Shown piece after piece: positions 37,235 to 50,486 of a DNA stretch of 64,000 nucleotides; positions within the stretch are counted from its first letter, which is position 1; the number at the start of each line of letters is the position of its first letter. This DNA comes from Heterodontus francisci (taxonomy: Eukaryota). Location: the NCBI RefSeq assembly GCF_036365525.1, contig NC_090382.1, positions 81,226,817 through 81,290,816 on the forward strand. The letters run 5' to 3'. Under the pieces are notes generated by a model, which had not been told where the DNA came from, did not search any database, and worked only from the letters and a program-made list of their open reading frames with translations. The position numbers were made by a program, and so were the translations under genes.

Positions 37235-37460
37235 GGGGCAGCCCCCTGTTTTTCTGATGCCTGACTTGAGGTGCTGCTTGAGGCAGTGAAAGAATGAAGA
37301 AGCATCTTGTTCCCTGCCAGCAACAATAGAAAACCTGCAAAGCTGATGAAGAAGACATAGCTAGAGCTGGATCATAAGATGATCAGCAGAGGAATGGTGA
37401 GGAGGAACTGGGTCCACTGCAGGACATGTTTCAATGGCCTGCTTAGATCAGGCAAGCTGA
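37235..37460 (+). pseudogene. Harbinger Myb/SANT-like DNA-binding protein, first exon remnant
   Basis: AAPCFSDA*LEVLLEAVKE*RSILFP ... RNWVHCRTCFNGLLRSGK, the typical Myb/SANT signature of Harbinger ORF1. Confidence 0.7.
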
Positions 37461-39279
37461 GTCCAAAGATAGACCCAGATGGCATGTTAGCTGTCTCCAG
37501 AGTGCAAAACCAAGGGGTTTCCTGAGGGCACATAGAGTTCTCCTATTGGAGAGATGTGTGCACAGCATCACTGATGATCCATAAGCGTAGTTCATTATCT
37601 GCTATTGGACAGTAGGCTACGGGGAAAACTGCAACATCTTATGCAAATGAAAAGCTGCAAGTGGCGAGAGACAGAGGCATTGTGCTAAATGTACCTTTTT
37701 TCACCTTGGAGTCCAAAGGAGAGAAAAACGGCAGGGAGAGCGAGAGGGCATGTTTGGATGGTGGGGTGCCCCATCTCATGTCATTGACACGTTTTGAGGA
37801 GCTGACCCTTGATGTGGCCAGAGTGGCAAGCCACTGGGAAGTGGAGACGGAGAAATGGGTATCCAATATAGACAGGGTGGAGAAACCTTAACACCAGGTT
37901 CGGGGGTGCATGACAATCCTCCCCATGCAACGAGCTGTCAATGCATAAGCTGTCATCTCATTATTTTAAGAAGCAGAAGCATCTGTTGATAGTGCCATTT
38001 TCTCATGACCACCTTCCCTTATGTCTCCCACAGGGCCAGCTGCAGAGGAAGAGGAGTTATGACAATGCTGGAAGAATCAGAGGTGGAAGACACTCAGAGC
38101 CTGCACCATCACATCTTTTTTGCGCATCTTCCACCAACGCAGACACTTGCACCTTGGTGGGTCCTCATGCGTTATTAGAGACTGTGGCACAGGATGAAGC
38201 GCACAACATTTAGAGCAGGAGGAGAAGAGGGAGGTAGAGTCAGCTATGGCCAGTCCTCCTCAGAGGAAGGAGGACAGTGCAGCCCTGCTCAGCAGGGCAG
38301 AGAGGCAGAGCCTGGGGATCACAAAACAGGCAACTCTATCTGAAGAACCAGCGTGAGATGTGATCCCACATGTTGGAGTTAGCTGAGATACTGTGGAGTC
38401 ATGGGATGAGAATGGAGGAGATTATTCATCTCATGTACTCCACAATGTCTCAGTACTTTGAGTGCATAAGCTCCTCCACTGAGAGGTTGGTCAGCCTCAT
38501 AGAAAGCATCACTCAGAATGGATGCAGGAACAGCACACTGACATGCACTGAATGCATGCCACAGCCTGTAACATTGACCGCAAATGCATAGATTCATGGA
38601 GTAGATGTCAGCTGTGCCCCAACTAATGGCTCCCTCTCACAATCAAGGTGCTGTGAAAGGGCAGAGGTGGTGACAGATGGTGATGAGGGGGCTACCCCTC
38701 ACGGGGCCTTGTCATGATCATCCACCTACACAGCCCCTCTGACGGAAGAAGCATCTGTAGGGTCACATTCTGTGACAGAGGATGCCCCTGCTGTGATGCC
38801 AGTGCAGCAGCCTTTGAAGGTTCTCCCTCTGGCACCTCCACACCAAGGCCAACCACCATAGGCATCTCAATCCCAGACAAGTGAGCAGTCTACCTCCACC
38901 TCATCTTCAGCCACAAGGGGAGCAACTCGTAAGAGTGGCTATGAGCACAGACCACCACATCGGTAATGTGACTTTGTGGGTTACTTGGATGTTTATGTTG
39001 TACATGACATCAAACTGTTATTGGATAGACCACTAGGCATGGTGTTGCACTAAGGCAGACTTGTGTGCTTCGATTTCATCATGGGGAGAAACAAGAATAG
39101 AAAATAAGGATTAGCAAAGCAAAGCAGTGTGATGGGGAAGAGTGTGTAAGGTGAAGACTCTGGAGCCTTTCAGTTTTGTGCCATTGGAAGGCTACTGACC
39201 TGTGCTCTTATGGATGCTTGCTCTCACTCAGATTAAGGAGAAACTCTTCTCCAAATGTCGTGCAGACTGAGTATCACTC

Positions 39280-40400
39280 AGGTGAAACGTGTCTGGATCA
39301 GAGTGGCCATGGTGTCCCAGCTATCCTGAGGAGGGCTCCACCTCCTTACCCTACAATGGCAACACCCCTGCAAAACATGAGGATCATTCTCCAGTTCTGC
39401 TTCTTCATCTTCGTCTTCCTGTTCCTCTTCCTCATTTTCTTCTTTCGATGAGCTGTGTCGTTCCAGTGCTTCTCCCGCTGCAAGGTCAGCACCTCTCTGG
39501 AGGGCCATGTTATGGAGAGAACAGCAAACCACCACAATGCACAAGGCCCTTGAGAGAGTGTAATGGAGGGCACCTCCCCTGGATAGTAAAGGCGCCTGAA
39601 TCTTATCATTAAGAGGCTAATGCCCTGCTCAATGATGATCCCTCTGCTCAGATGCATCAGTTGTAGTGTCTCTCAGCCTCTGTGGCAGGATTACACACCA
39701 GGGTCATCAGCCATCTCCTCACAGGATAGGCCTTATCTGCTAACTGCAAGCCATGGATTTCTGATGGCTCCATGAACAGCTGCAGCACCTACGATTGCCA
39801 AAGGATGAAGGCATCATGGCAGCTTCCAGGATAGCATGCACAGACCTGTATGACTATCTTGCTGTGTTCACAGACCAGCTGGATATTTAGGGAATGGAAT
39901 CCTTTCCTGTTGAGGTATCTCCCTGGCTGGTCAGTCGGTGCCTTGATGGCCACATGGGTGCAATTGATGAACCCCTGCACCTAAGGAAATCCAGTGACTG
40001 AGCCAAATCCCACTGCCCTTTGAATCTGAGTGCCGCTATTCACCTTGAATTCAATGTGATCCTCCGCCCTCTCGAACAAAGGATCCATTACCTCCATGAT
40101 GCAATGATACGCTGCTACCTGCGAGATGCCACCAATATCTGCTGTCATTCTTTGGAAGGAACCGGTTGCAAAAAACCGCAAGGCCACTGTGACTTTTACA
40201 GCCATGGGAAGGCCATGGCGATGGTTCCTGCGAACCCTCAGATGACCCTCAGCAAGGGCACCCAAGTCACAACCATCTGCCTCGAAAGGCGCAGCCTTCT
40301 TCGGCATTGACGCTCTGACATGTTCAGGTAGCTTCTCCTTTGGCAATAGACTTTCTGCTGAGGATATTACCTTTCTTGTCTTCCTGCCCCTCATTCCTGA
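39280..40400 (-). pseudogene. Harbinger DDE transposase (HARBI1-like) pseudogene
   Basis: KVTVALRFFATGSFQ..DIGGISQ; [41 protein letters not shown]; LADKAYP; IIEQGISLLMIRFRRL; IVVVCCSLHNMAL. Contains stops and frameshifts. Confidence 0.9.
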
Positions 40401-41662
40401 CCCTTGCACCCCTGTTGCCCAATGGTCTGCCTCTGCTCCTGCAGATGCTGCTCCCCATCGCTAGTCAATCCCATCTGAGTAGCTTAATCCCATTTCCTGT
40501 TATGTCCTTCCTTCCTTTCAATTGGAATGTGCAATCTTCCTGAACTTCCCTTACCACCCCACCCAGTGAACCCATGAGGCCCATAAGCAGAAGCACCCAC
40601 ACACCGCCCCCCACCCTTCACCAAATTTCCTTGCCAAGAGTGAAGAGATAGGACAGATAATTTTCCTGATTCTGTACAACTGGTTGTCTGTGAATGAAAG
40701 CTTTCTCTGAGCATTCCCTCTTTAATGATGCCTTTTGCTGCTGTCCCACCATCCTGACTCGCTCCCCACTGTGTTAGCGACTCCTCCTCCTTGTCGTGGT
40801 TGAGACTCTGTGTGGATCCCATGCATTATAAAGAAAATTCAAAACTGGCCATTAACGAGCTGACAACAAGCTCGTTAAGAGCCTTAACGGGCCATTTATC
40901 CATTATGGCCGGGTTGCCTCTTCCGGCTCTCGTCAGAAAATGTGGAACTTTAAGTGTGTCAGTTTTGCATTGGGAAACCAGGATGCTGACCAGAAGGACA
41001 GGTTTCAGTGACTGCCCACCCCTGTTCCCGCCCTCTTATTTAAATAAAATCCCGCCCACTGCATCTGACAGTGCTGTGATGTTTTCTCCACATTATGGAG
41101 ATTTACAGAATTTGTTTATTAAGGTAGTTTAGATCTGGACTTCCTCACCATTCCTAAACCAAGTGAATAAAGAGAAATTTTAAATGGAAACTTTCAGTGA
41201 AAAACAGTCTGGCAAATTTTTGGGGGGAGGGTGATGGGAAGCAAAACGAACCCTAAGAACCAGGAGGTTTAGTTTCCCATGGAAATGCCTATTTAACATA
41301 TTCACGTGAAATACTTTTGTGTGCTATTTTAATGCAGTTACTAACCCACTCCAAACAAACCGCAATCGGAAAGTTTCCCGATCCAATCTGGTGTCAGACA
41401 GGGCTGTCCTCTCTCCCCGGTCTTGTTTGTTTGCTGTATTGAACCCTTTGCTGAGTCTATTAGGAAGGATGCGAGCATAGGAGGGGTGACAATCCCAGGC
41501 AGCGGAGGCACTCAGGTGAAAACCTCCCTGTACCAATGGATGACGTCGCCGTCTTCTGTTCGGATCCGCTGTCTGTGCGCAGACTGATGAGCACCAGTGA
41601 CCAGTTTGAACTGGCCTCGAGAGCCAAAGTTAACCACGGCAAGAGCGAGGTCATGTTTATTT

Positions 41663-42016
41663 TTAGATTAGATTAGAGATACAGCACTGAAACAGGCCCT
41701 TCGGCCCACCAAGTCTGTGCCGAACATCAACCACCCATTTATACTAATCCTACACTAATCCCATATTCCTACCAAACATCCCCACCTGTTCCTATATTTC
41801 CCTACCACCTACCTATACTAGTGACAATTTATAATGGCCAATTTACCGATCAACCTGCAAGTCTTTTGGCTTGTGGGAGGAAACCGGAGCACCCGGAGAA
41901 AACCCACGCAGACACAGGGAGAACTTGCAAACTCCACACAGGCAGTACCCGGAATCGAACCCGGGTCCCTGGAGCTGTGAGGCTGCGGTGCTAACCACTG
42001 CGCCACTGTGCCGCCC
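41663..42016 (-). mobile_element. HE1-like V-SINE nested in the L1/Tx1 element
   Basis: A box and B box (GGTTCGATTCC on the minus strand), V-domain, (TAATC)n tail. Confidence 0.93.
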
Positions 42017-43222
42017 TTTGGGAACTGGGCTGACCGATCCTTTGTCCCCTTCACCGTCAGGTCAGACTACCTGAAGGTGCTGGGGATATGGTTCGGAAGG
42101 GCCGGGGCATGCAACAAAACCTGGAAGGAGCGAGTAGCCAAGGTACAACAAAAGTTGAGCATGTGGGGGCAGCGATCTCTCTCCATTGTGGGTAAGAACC
42201 TGGTCATCAGGTGCGAGGCGCTCACGTTGTTGCTGTACGTGGCGCAGGTCTGGCCCAGACCCCACACCTGCGCTGTGGCGGTCACCCGAGCCATTTTCCG
42301 CTTCATCTGGGGATCCAAAATGGACCGGGTCTGGAGGGACACGATGTTCAAATCTCTGGATAAGGGCGGGAAAAATGTACCCAACGTGGCCCTCATCCTG
42401 ATGACCACCTTCGTGTGCGGCTGCATCAAGCTGTGTGTAGACCTCCAGTACGCAAACTCCAAGTGTCACTATGTGCTGAGGTTCTATCTGTCCCCGGTGT
42501 TGCGAAGGATGGGCCTGGTCACATTGCCGCGGAACGCTCCATGCAGTTGGACCGTGCCGTACCACCTATCCTTCGTGGAGCAGTTTCTGTGGGAAAACAC
42601 CTTTGACCACCGATCCATCAGACAGTGGTCTGCACGGAATGTCCTCAAGGCCCTACAGGAAAAGGAGACGGTGGATCCCGTCGGATGGTTCCCCAAGCAG
42701 ACCGTCAAAGTCATTTGGCGGAATGCCTCATCACCAGAACTTTCAAACAAGCACCAAGATGTAGCTTGGCTGGTGGTGAGAAGGGCCCTCCCCGTCAGAT
42801 TCTTCATGCACGCCCGAAGTCTTGCCCCCTCCACGCAATGCCCCCATGGTGGCTGTGGTGGGGAAGAGACGGTTGCCCACCTACTCCTGGAATGTGTCTT
42901 TGCAAAGCAGGTGTGGAAAGAGATGCAGTGGTTTTTGTTGAGGTTCATCCCAAGCAGCTCTGTAACACAGGAGTCTGTGCTCTACGGGCTGTTTCCAGGA
43001 ACGCACACCGAGACAAACATCAACTGCTGCTGGAAGACTATCAATTCGGTGAAAGATGCCCTTTGGTCTGCCCGAAAGTTGCTGGTCTTCCAGCGCAAAG
43101 AGTTGTCCACCACCGAATGTCGCAGACTGGCACATTCCAAGGTCCAGGACTACATACTGAGGGACGCACTAAAGCTTGGGGCAGCCGCAGCAAAGGCTCA
43201 ATGGGGAAAGACCACAGTGTAA
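42008..43222 (+). pseudogene. L1/Tx1 ORF2 C-terminal region (RT thumb + CCHC zinc finger), open for about 400 codons
   Basis: ORF track gives 404 aa. The first three codons derive from the SINE end and there is no native start. Confidence 0.85.
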
Positions 43223-43509
43223 GGTCCCCCCACCAAGCTGAACTGAGGGGCTGGATCTATGGGAAACCCCTTGAACTGTATCGGAGAAATTGTGCGTGCT
43301 GTAAATGTAAAAATGTATATGGCATGACAATGAAATGGAAGGGTTGTGAGGCAACTTATGATTGTATAGAAGGAAACTGATCACCTTTGCACTGTTTGTA
43401 TTTTTTGACTTGGTGCTGTTTTAAACTGTTTGGGAATGTAATTTTTACAGATTTTTATGAATAAAGTATATTTTGGAAATAAAAAAAAACACTCCAAACA
43501 AACCGCAAT

Positions 43510-45376
43510 ATGGCACTGGATGCTGCAAAGGCTATGGGTCCTGACAACATTCTGGCAACAGTACTGAGGACCTGTGCTCCAGAACTAGCTGTACACGTAG
43601 CCAAGCTGTTCCAGTACAGCTCCAACACTGGCATCTACCCGACAATGTGAAAAATTGCCCACGAGTGTCCTATCCACAAAAAGCAGGACAAATCCAATCT
43701 GGCCATTTATCATCCGATCAACCTCCTCTTGATCATCAGCAGTATGATGGAAGGTGTCATCAACGGTGCTATCAAGTGGCACTTACATCGCAATAACCTG
43801 CTCACTGATGTTCAGTTTGGTTTCCATCAGGGCCACCCAGCTCCTGACCTCATTGGAGCCCTGGTCCAAACATGGACAAAAGAGCTGAACTCAAGAGGTG
43901 AGGTGAGAGTGACTACCCTTGACATCAAGGCGGCATTTGACCGAGTGTGGCATCAAGGAGCCCTGGCAATGGGAATCGGGAAAATTCTCCACCGGTTGTA
44001 ATCATATTTTGCACAAAGGAAAATGGCTGTGGTTGTTGGAGGCCATTCATTTCAGTCCCACAACATTGCTGTAGGAGTTCCTCAGGGTAGTGTCCTAGGA
44101 CCAACCATCTTCAGCTGCTTCATCATTGACCTACCCTTCATCATAAGGTCAGAAGTGGGGATGTTCAGTACCATTCATAACTCCTCAGATACTGAGGGAA
44201 TCCCTGTGCATATGCGGTGAGACCTGGACAACATTCAGGCTTGGGCTGATAAGTGGCAAGTAACATTTGTGCCACACAAGTGCCAGGCAATGACCATTTC
44301 CAACAAGAGAGAATCCAACTATCTCCCCTTGACATTCAGCGGCATTGCCATCACTGAATCCCCACTATCAACACCCTGGGGGGTCACCATTTATCAGAAA
44401 ATTAACTGAAGTAGCCATATAAATACAGTGGCTGCAAGGGCAGCTCAGAGGCTGGGAATTTTGTGGCAATTAACTCACCTCCTGATTCCCCAAAGCCTGT
44501 CCACCATGTACATGGCACAAGTCAGGAGTGTGATGCAATACTCTCCACTTGCCTGGATGAGTGCAGCTCCAACAACACACAAGAAGCTCAACACCATCCA
44601 GGACAAAGCAGCCCACTTGGTCAGCACCCCATCCACTAACTTAAACATTCACTCCCTCCACCAGCGACGCACAGTGGCAGTAGCATGTACCATATACCAT
44701 ATACAAGATGCACTGCAGCAACTCACCAAGGCTCCTTCGACAGCATCTTCCAAACTGCGATCTCTTCCACCTAGAAGGACAAGGGCAGCAGATGCATAGG
44801 AACATCACTACCTGCAAGTTCCCCTCCAAGTCACATACCATCTTGACATGGAACTTTATTGCGTTCCTTCACTGTCACTGGATCAAAATCTTGGAGCTCC
44901 CTTCCTAACAGCACTGTGGGAGTACCTACACTGCATAGACTGCAGCAGTTCAAGAAGGTAGCTCACCTTCTCAAGGGCAATTAGGGATGGGCAGCAAATG
45001 CTGGCTAGGGCAGCACAGTGGAGGGTGACACAGTGGTGCAGTGGTTAGCACTGCAGCCTCACAGCTCCAGCATCCCGGGTTTGGTTCTGGGTACTGCCTG
45101 TGCAGAGTTTGCAAATTCTCCCTGTGACCGTGTGGGTTTCTACTGGATGCTCCGGTTTCCTCCCACAGCCAAAGACTTGCAGGTTGATAGCCATTATAAA
45201 TTGCCCCTAGTGTAGGTAGGTGGTAAGAGAATGGTGGAGATGTGGTAGGGAATATGGGATTAATGTAGGATTAGCATAAATGGGTGGTTGTTGGTCAGCA
45301 CGGACTCAGTGGGCCAAAGGCCAGTTTCAGTGCTGTATGACTCTATGACCCACATCCCATGAAAGAGCAGAAAAAA
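43510..45376 (+). mobile_element. Third, more diverged 5'-truncated copy of the single-ORF CR1-group LINE
   Basis: Collinear with the reverse complement of 6390-7938 (QFGFHQGH; GVPQGSVLGP; AQVRSVMQYSPLAW). The 3' tail CCACATCCCATGAAAG resumes after a SINE. Confidence 0.9.
45008..45348 (+). mobile_element. HE1-like V-SINE
   Basis: CACAGTGGTGCAGTGGTTAGCACTGCAGCCTC head (partly duplicated at 45008-45021), V-domain, tail CTGTATGACTCTATGAC. Confidence 0.9.
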
Positions 45377-45449
45377 TTGAAATGGGACATAAAGGAATTA
45401 TATGTAAATGTGTTTAGCATGGCACTACTCGAGGAGATTAAAGCACTTG

Positions 45450-45605
45450 GGGGTAATTTTGACTTTAGCCAATAGTGTGAAGCTGGCAATATTGATTCAG
45501 TCACTTGTTATACTTCCCTCTTGCTTTTCATTTCTGAAAATTAAAACCAGGAGAGATGTTTAATGGGCACCTAAATCAATACTGGCCAAAGTCAAAATTA
45601 TCCCC
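45450..45605. mobile_element. Small MITE
   Basis: TIR GGGGTAATTTTGACTTTAGCC / GGCCAAAGTCAAAATTATCCCC. Confidence 0.7.
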
Positions 45606-48519
45606 TTTTGTCGTGGTTAACAATATGATATTGCTTGTATAATTATTTCACTGTTTTGTGTTTGCAAAGCTTTTTCATTTCTCTAGAAACATGAGATTTC
45701 TTGGGCCACTTTAAAAGTGCTGAGTGACACTTACATACTTATTCTTTTTAAGATTATTATTATTTCTGCATTTCCCACATGAAAGATGTTGGAGAAAATA
45801 AAGCCTTTTAAATACCAGTATTTATTATAATTCTCTTGATCACATAAGAAAGTTTGAGACATTAATCACAGGAATTGTATTAAATCAATCACTCCACAAT
45901 TTATAGAGCCAGTTTGAATACTTGGAAGTCTGCTAAATTCCTCCCAGTACTGAAACTATTCATTTTCAACAGCATTAATTAATCTTAGAAGGTTAATTCA
46001 ATATATGAATCATAATTTCACCGCCCAACAGAGATGACTACTGTTATACATTTTGAGAAATACATCTGATATTTCATTTAGCAAAATATTTCCTCCATCC
46101 TTTTATTGTACTGGCTGTGTGTGTAGTGTAGCTGATGTTGAATCTCCCCAGTGGTCCTAGCAGCTGCTGGAAAGGTTATCCTCAATAGTTTACAGAAAAT
46201 AAAAATGTATTATTTATGAAGCCTTTTATGTAGTGTGTCTGGATGTTGCAGTTGCAATGCTGATTTTAGAGGATGCTCTTCAACCTTTCAGCCTGTTGCA
46301 CCTTGTCAGTATATCTGCTAAGATTCCTTAGGGACATCTGCAATTGTTTTACAGATCATATTTTTGTTTTCCAGTTTGATCTCCACATCTCATAAGAGTG
46401 GTTGTATAAAACCATGTGCATCAGTTGTATCTATGTTTAAAACCTGTATTTCTAAAAATTCGCATTGGGCTTCCTAGTTAATTGCCCCTATCAAGGACAA
46501 ACAATTCATGAATAACAAAGGTTAATTTATTAGAAAGTTTAATTTAAATTATTAAAGAAAGACATCATGAATTGAAAATGGTAGCATGTAGGTTTATAAC
46601 TCTGATCAACTTTATTAGGCCATGACCAATACAACCATTAAGCGAAGCCTACAGAATATAAAAGTTAGAATGCAAGATAATGACTGCTGGATTTTGGTTT
46701 GTCTTTCATCAGTTTTTACATTCTGACTCAGGAAATGAGCTTTGCAGAAAATTTGCGCATAGGTTCCCGTTGGTAAAATTTGGTGTAATTTCTATGCCAA
46801 TGCATTCCAGCAAATTTCAGGCCATTAGAAGTTCTGCTCTGCACCATGACCACATCCCAAGTATATCAGGGTATAAGTGTCATCAGGCTATTTGATTTTA
46901 GAGGGGTATCAGAGCCCAGCCCAATCCTGTCCACATTGGACATCCACAAATGTTCACTTTCCAACAGGAGTCACTGAATAACAATTAGGACTGGGGATTA
47001 TTGTTTCATTTCTGTAATGAATCTATCTGTTGTTTGCTATATCATAATCTGTGTGTGGATCAGTTAAAATTTAAGATCTTTACAGTCTCTCCCCTTCCCT
47101 GTGAATATTTAAGCCAATTGCAATGCCTTCTGTCCCTGCCATCGTTTCTCAGCTGAGATCAACTAACTAAATGCAGACCAGGAGTTGAACATGAAACATT
47201 AGCGGTATTTATCGACTTTATCAATGTTACATCATATGGTGCATTTATTGACTCATTCATTATTGGAGCAATCTTCATATGTTTTCAATTTTTTGAACAT
47301 ATGCAACTTTGTGTAATTTCCCACTCTTTTTCTGTCTATGCTAGTTACATTTAGGTCATGTACTTCCTGAGCTCAGAAGCCCTTGCTTCAGGTTTTGTCA
47401 CTGCTGCTGTTGACCATATAACTAGGGCATACCTGGCAATGGCTTGCCATTTTCTGATTTTCTCTTCTTATTAATGGAGAGACACATAAAGCTGTGCTCA
47501 CAGTAGTGCAGCTGAGGACAGGCACTCAGCAGAAGGTGGGTAGGGCAATCAAACCTGTCACCTAGCACAAGTTGGTGCCACCCAGTGATCTTCTAACATG
47601 TTGCAAACTGAACAGTGAACAATTCCCAGTCAAGATTGAGACACATTGATTGTTAAACAGAACTTTAAAGAGTACCATTTTCATGAATAATTGGCAATAT
47701 TTTGTTTATATACAAATGCACAACAGAATGATACAAATCACATTGAAAAATCTTGTTGAATCAGTTGCTTATGATGTCCTAATAATGGAAATGATGCACA
47801 GTTCTTCTGGCTTATATCTGCCTCTATGAAGATTTTAAAAATAATTTTTCATGCAGACAGTGAAGATTTCATTTATTTTTTTCAGCAGACCATAATTTGA
47901 AACCAGGAACTATAGTTGTAGAGCAGCTTATTAACAAACACTTTTTTGCAAAATCATTGTGTAGCTCAGACTTGCATAGACTACCTCTACATTTGGTGGG
48001 CTTCATCAAAAAATATAACCGGTATACCCTTAGATTTATGTAGTTCAAAGTGTAGCACAAACTTTCAGAAAGTACTGAAATTAAATTTCTCAAAAGTACA
48101 AAATAACTCAGCAACACACATTGACATTAGTGTTGAGGACTAGTCTTTAGAATTGGAAGAGTAATTAAATGACTACTGTTATAGGATGAATATTTCAAAC
48201 TCTTTTCTGAATCTTAGTATTTTCTGGTAAACCATTATTCTTGTCATAAGAAAGTGTAAGCCAATTAATTCATTTAAGTAGATATACATAGTCATTACAT
48301 TTATCAGTATTTTGTTTTGCATTTCTAGCTCTGTGAGTCTACTATTGCTGAGATTTGGTAAGCTTGTGATTGATTACACAGTAGAACTGTGGGTTTTGGG
48401 TGTAAGTGTATCTAATGTGATTGTTAGCAATCGTTTTGTTGTAACATTTAGTTGCTGAAAGATTGGGTGGTCCTCTCGACAAAGAACAAACACCTTGTCA
48501 TCTCTGTGGTCTGTGTTTG

Positions 48520-48785
48520 AATCCATCCATAAAGAAATGTACAAGATCATGTGGCACTATTCATGGTGTCCTGGCCAACATTCATCCCTCATTCAATTTC
48601 GATGGGTATGATTATCCAGTCATTAATCTCTTTGTTTGTGGGACCTTGCTGTGTGGGATTTTGCTGCAGTTTTTGCCTACATAACAATAGTGACTACACT
48701 TTAAAAGTAATTAATTCCCTTTAAAGCACTTTGGGATATCCTGAGGAAGTGAAAGGTGCTATATAAATGCAAATTACTTTTTCTT
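48520..48785 (+). mobile_element. DeuSINE-type SINE remnant with an L2-derived tail
   Basis: Deu-domain-like GGTGTCCTGGCCAACATTCATCCCTCA and L2-type tail GTGAAAGGTGCTATATAAATGCAA. Confidence 0.7.
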
Positions 48786-48793
48786 ACTAGCAC

Positions 48794-49144
48794 GGGGCGG
48801 CACAGTGGCGCAGTGGTTAGCACCGCAGCCTCACAGCTCCAGGGACCCGGGTTCGATTCTGGGTACTGCCTGTGCGGAGTTTGCAAGTTCTCCCTGTGTC
48901 TGCGTGGGTTTCCTCCGGGTGCTCCGGTTTCCTCCCACATGCCAAAGACTTGCAGGTTGATAGGTTAATTGGCCATTATAAATTTCCCCTAGTATAGGTA
49001 GGTGGTAGGGAAATATATAGGGACAGGTGGGGATGTGGTAGGAATATGGGATTAGTGCAGGATTAGTATAAATGGGTGGTTGATGGTCGGCACAGACTCG
49101 GTGGGCCGAAGGGCCTGTTTCAGTGCTGTATCTCTAAACTAAAC
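48794..49144 (+). mobile_element. HE1-like V-SINE (young)
   Basis: GGGGCGGCACAGTGGCGCAGTGG, B box GGGTTCGATTC, V-domain, tail GGGCCGAAGGGCCTGTTTCAGTGCTGTATCTCTAAACTAAAC. Confidence 0.94.
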
Positions 49145-50395
49145 ATAATTTTAAAAATCCTGAAATTTCATCTTAGGAGCCTCAGCTCCAGTATATTAAT
49201 TTCCATTTCTGAAATAAATGTAGTTTGCCAACCAAAGTTATTATCTGCTCCACCTTGACTAAGCATCAGAAGCTATTTTTCTGTGCTCCCTCCTCTATTT
49301 TGAGAAGAATCCTTCCTAAACTGTGTAATGTGATGCATCATGCATCACGGCTTTTTCCTTGATCTGGACCAAAATTAAAGGTGAAACATGGTATGTTCTC
49401 AAAATAACCACAAGTTCGATAGTCTAAAGCCTCAAAATAACAGCCAATAAGAATGTTACTGTCACTGAGCTATTGACTTTACAATCACTAGCCAAAGTTG
49501 GATATTTACTTCAGAACATTTAGTGTAACTGGGAAGATGTTACTGTGTTGAGAAAAAACTGTTTTAATAATAGACAGTAATTATACCAAAAAATTGAATC
49601 ATCAAAATCTGACAATATTTATTTCTCTAAGTGAACATAAGTAGCACTACGACTGGCAGTAGTGATTACTGATGTCATCATCAAGAGTCTTGACCAGGAG
49701 GATCCATTGGTACTGATGATGCACAGGAATTGGATTACCATCATGAGAGATATAGCATGATAGATGCAATCATTTACCCAGGATGCTGGCTGTGAGAAAT
49801 TATTGAGCCCAACAGCATGATGGAGCTGGATTAACATCAGTAGAGGTAATCATCATTAGCATAAAGAATGATTCATATTGAACTTTCTTACACCGCTGAG
49901 CACAATAACTCCTCCAAGCCATTTCTTTCCTCAGAAATCATTAATTACACAATGTTAATTTAAGGATGACAAAATATAAAAAAAAAGATAATTCTCTATA
50001 ACTTAAAAAGAACTAAAAGTGAGGCATTGAATGCAAAATAGTAAATCCTTTACTGCAAGTCGAAATATTTGAAGAAATGTTCAGACAAAACCACAAGATT
50101 TTAAAGATGCTTTGGGGAATCTATTGAGAATTTGTTTGGCGTTTCAAAATATATATTACTACTCAGTATCTCCAAGCCACATCTCCTTCACACTTTTTCA
50201 CATTAGTGAACAGATAAATGGGTCAAAACACTGAGTTTGCATGGATCTCAACACATCCATCTGAGAGATTGACTTCAATGGAACTAAGTATCAGGCGAGG
50301 CATATAATTGGCAGCAGATGTGATACAGCCTGTTCTGTGTCCCCACCCAAAATAAAATTCACACTCAAGTTCCCTATACTCTTCTACAAGACCAT

Positions 50396-50486
50396 GGGGT
50401 AGATTTTCAACTTTCAGCCCATTGTTATAAAAACACCTGATTTTTATTTACACTACCGCCAGGCGGCAAGTTGAAAATCTGTCCCC
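50396..50486. mobile_element. Small MITE/hairpin
   Basis: TIR GGGGTAGATTTTCAACTT / AAGTTGAAAATCTGTCCCC. Confidence 0.6.

Larger units (their letters stand above)
36938..41057. mobile_element. Full-length decayed PIF/Harbinger DNA transposon (4.1 kb)
   Basis: TIR GGGCGGGATTT at 36938 and AAATCCCGCCC ending 41057. Exact 3-bp TSD ACT (36935-36937, 41058-41060). Convergent Myb/SANT-like (+) and DDE transposase (-) remnants. Confidence 0.88.
41367..43489 (+). mobile_element. 5'-truncated L1/Tx1-clade LINE with poly(A) and a 20-bp TSD
   Basis: GVRQGCPLSPVLF at about 41390. ORF 42008-43222 has LKVLGIWF and the zf-RVT motif CPHGGCGGEETVAHLLLEC. AATAAA and poly(A) run to 43489. TSD CACTCCAAACAAACCGCAAT at 41347-41366 and 43490-43509. 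Confidence 0.93.

Noticed and set aside
42062-43380. Long antisense and alternate-frame ORFs over the L1/Tx1 ORF2
   Set aside because: Shadow ORFs of a GC-rich coding retroelement with no independent signals.
48794-48870. tRNA genes at the SINE heads (also near 3620-3689, 41950-42016, 45023-45095 and 9555-9641)
   Set aside because: The A and B boxes continue directly into SINE or LINE bodies. They are tRNA-derived heads, not tRNA genes.
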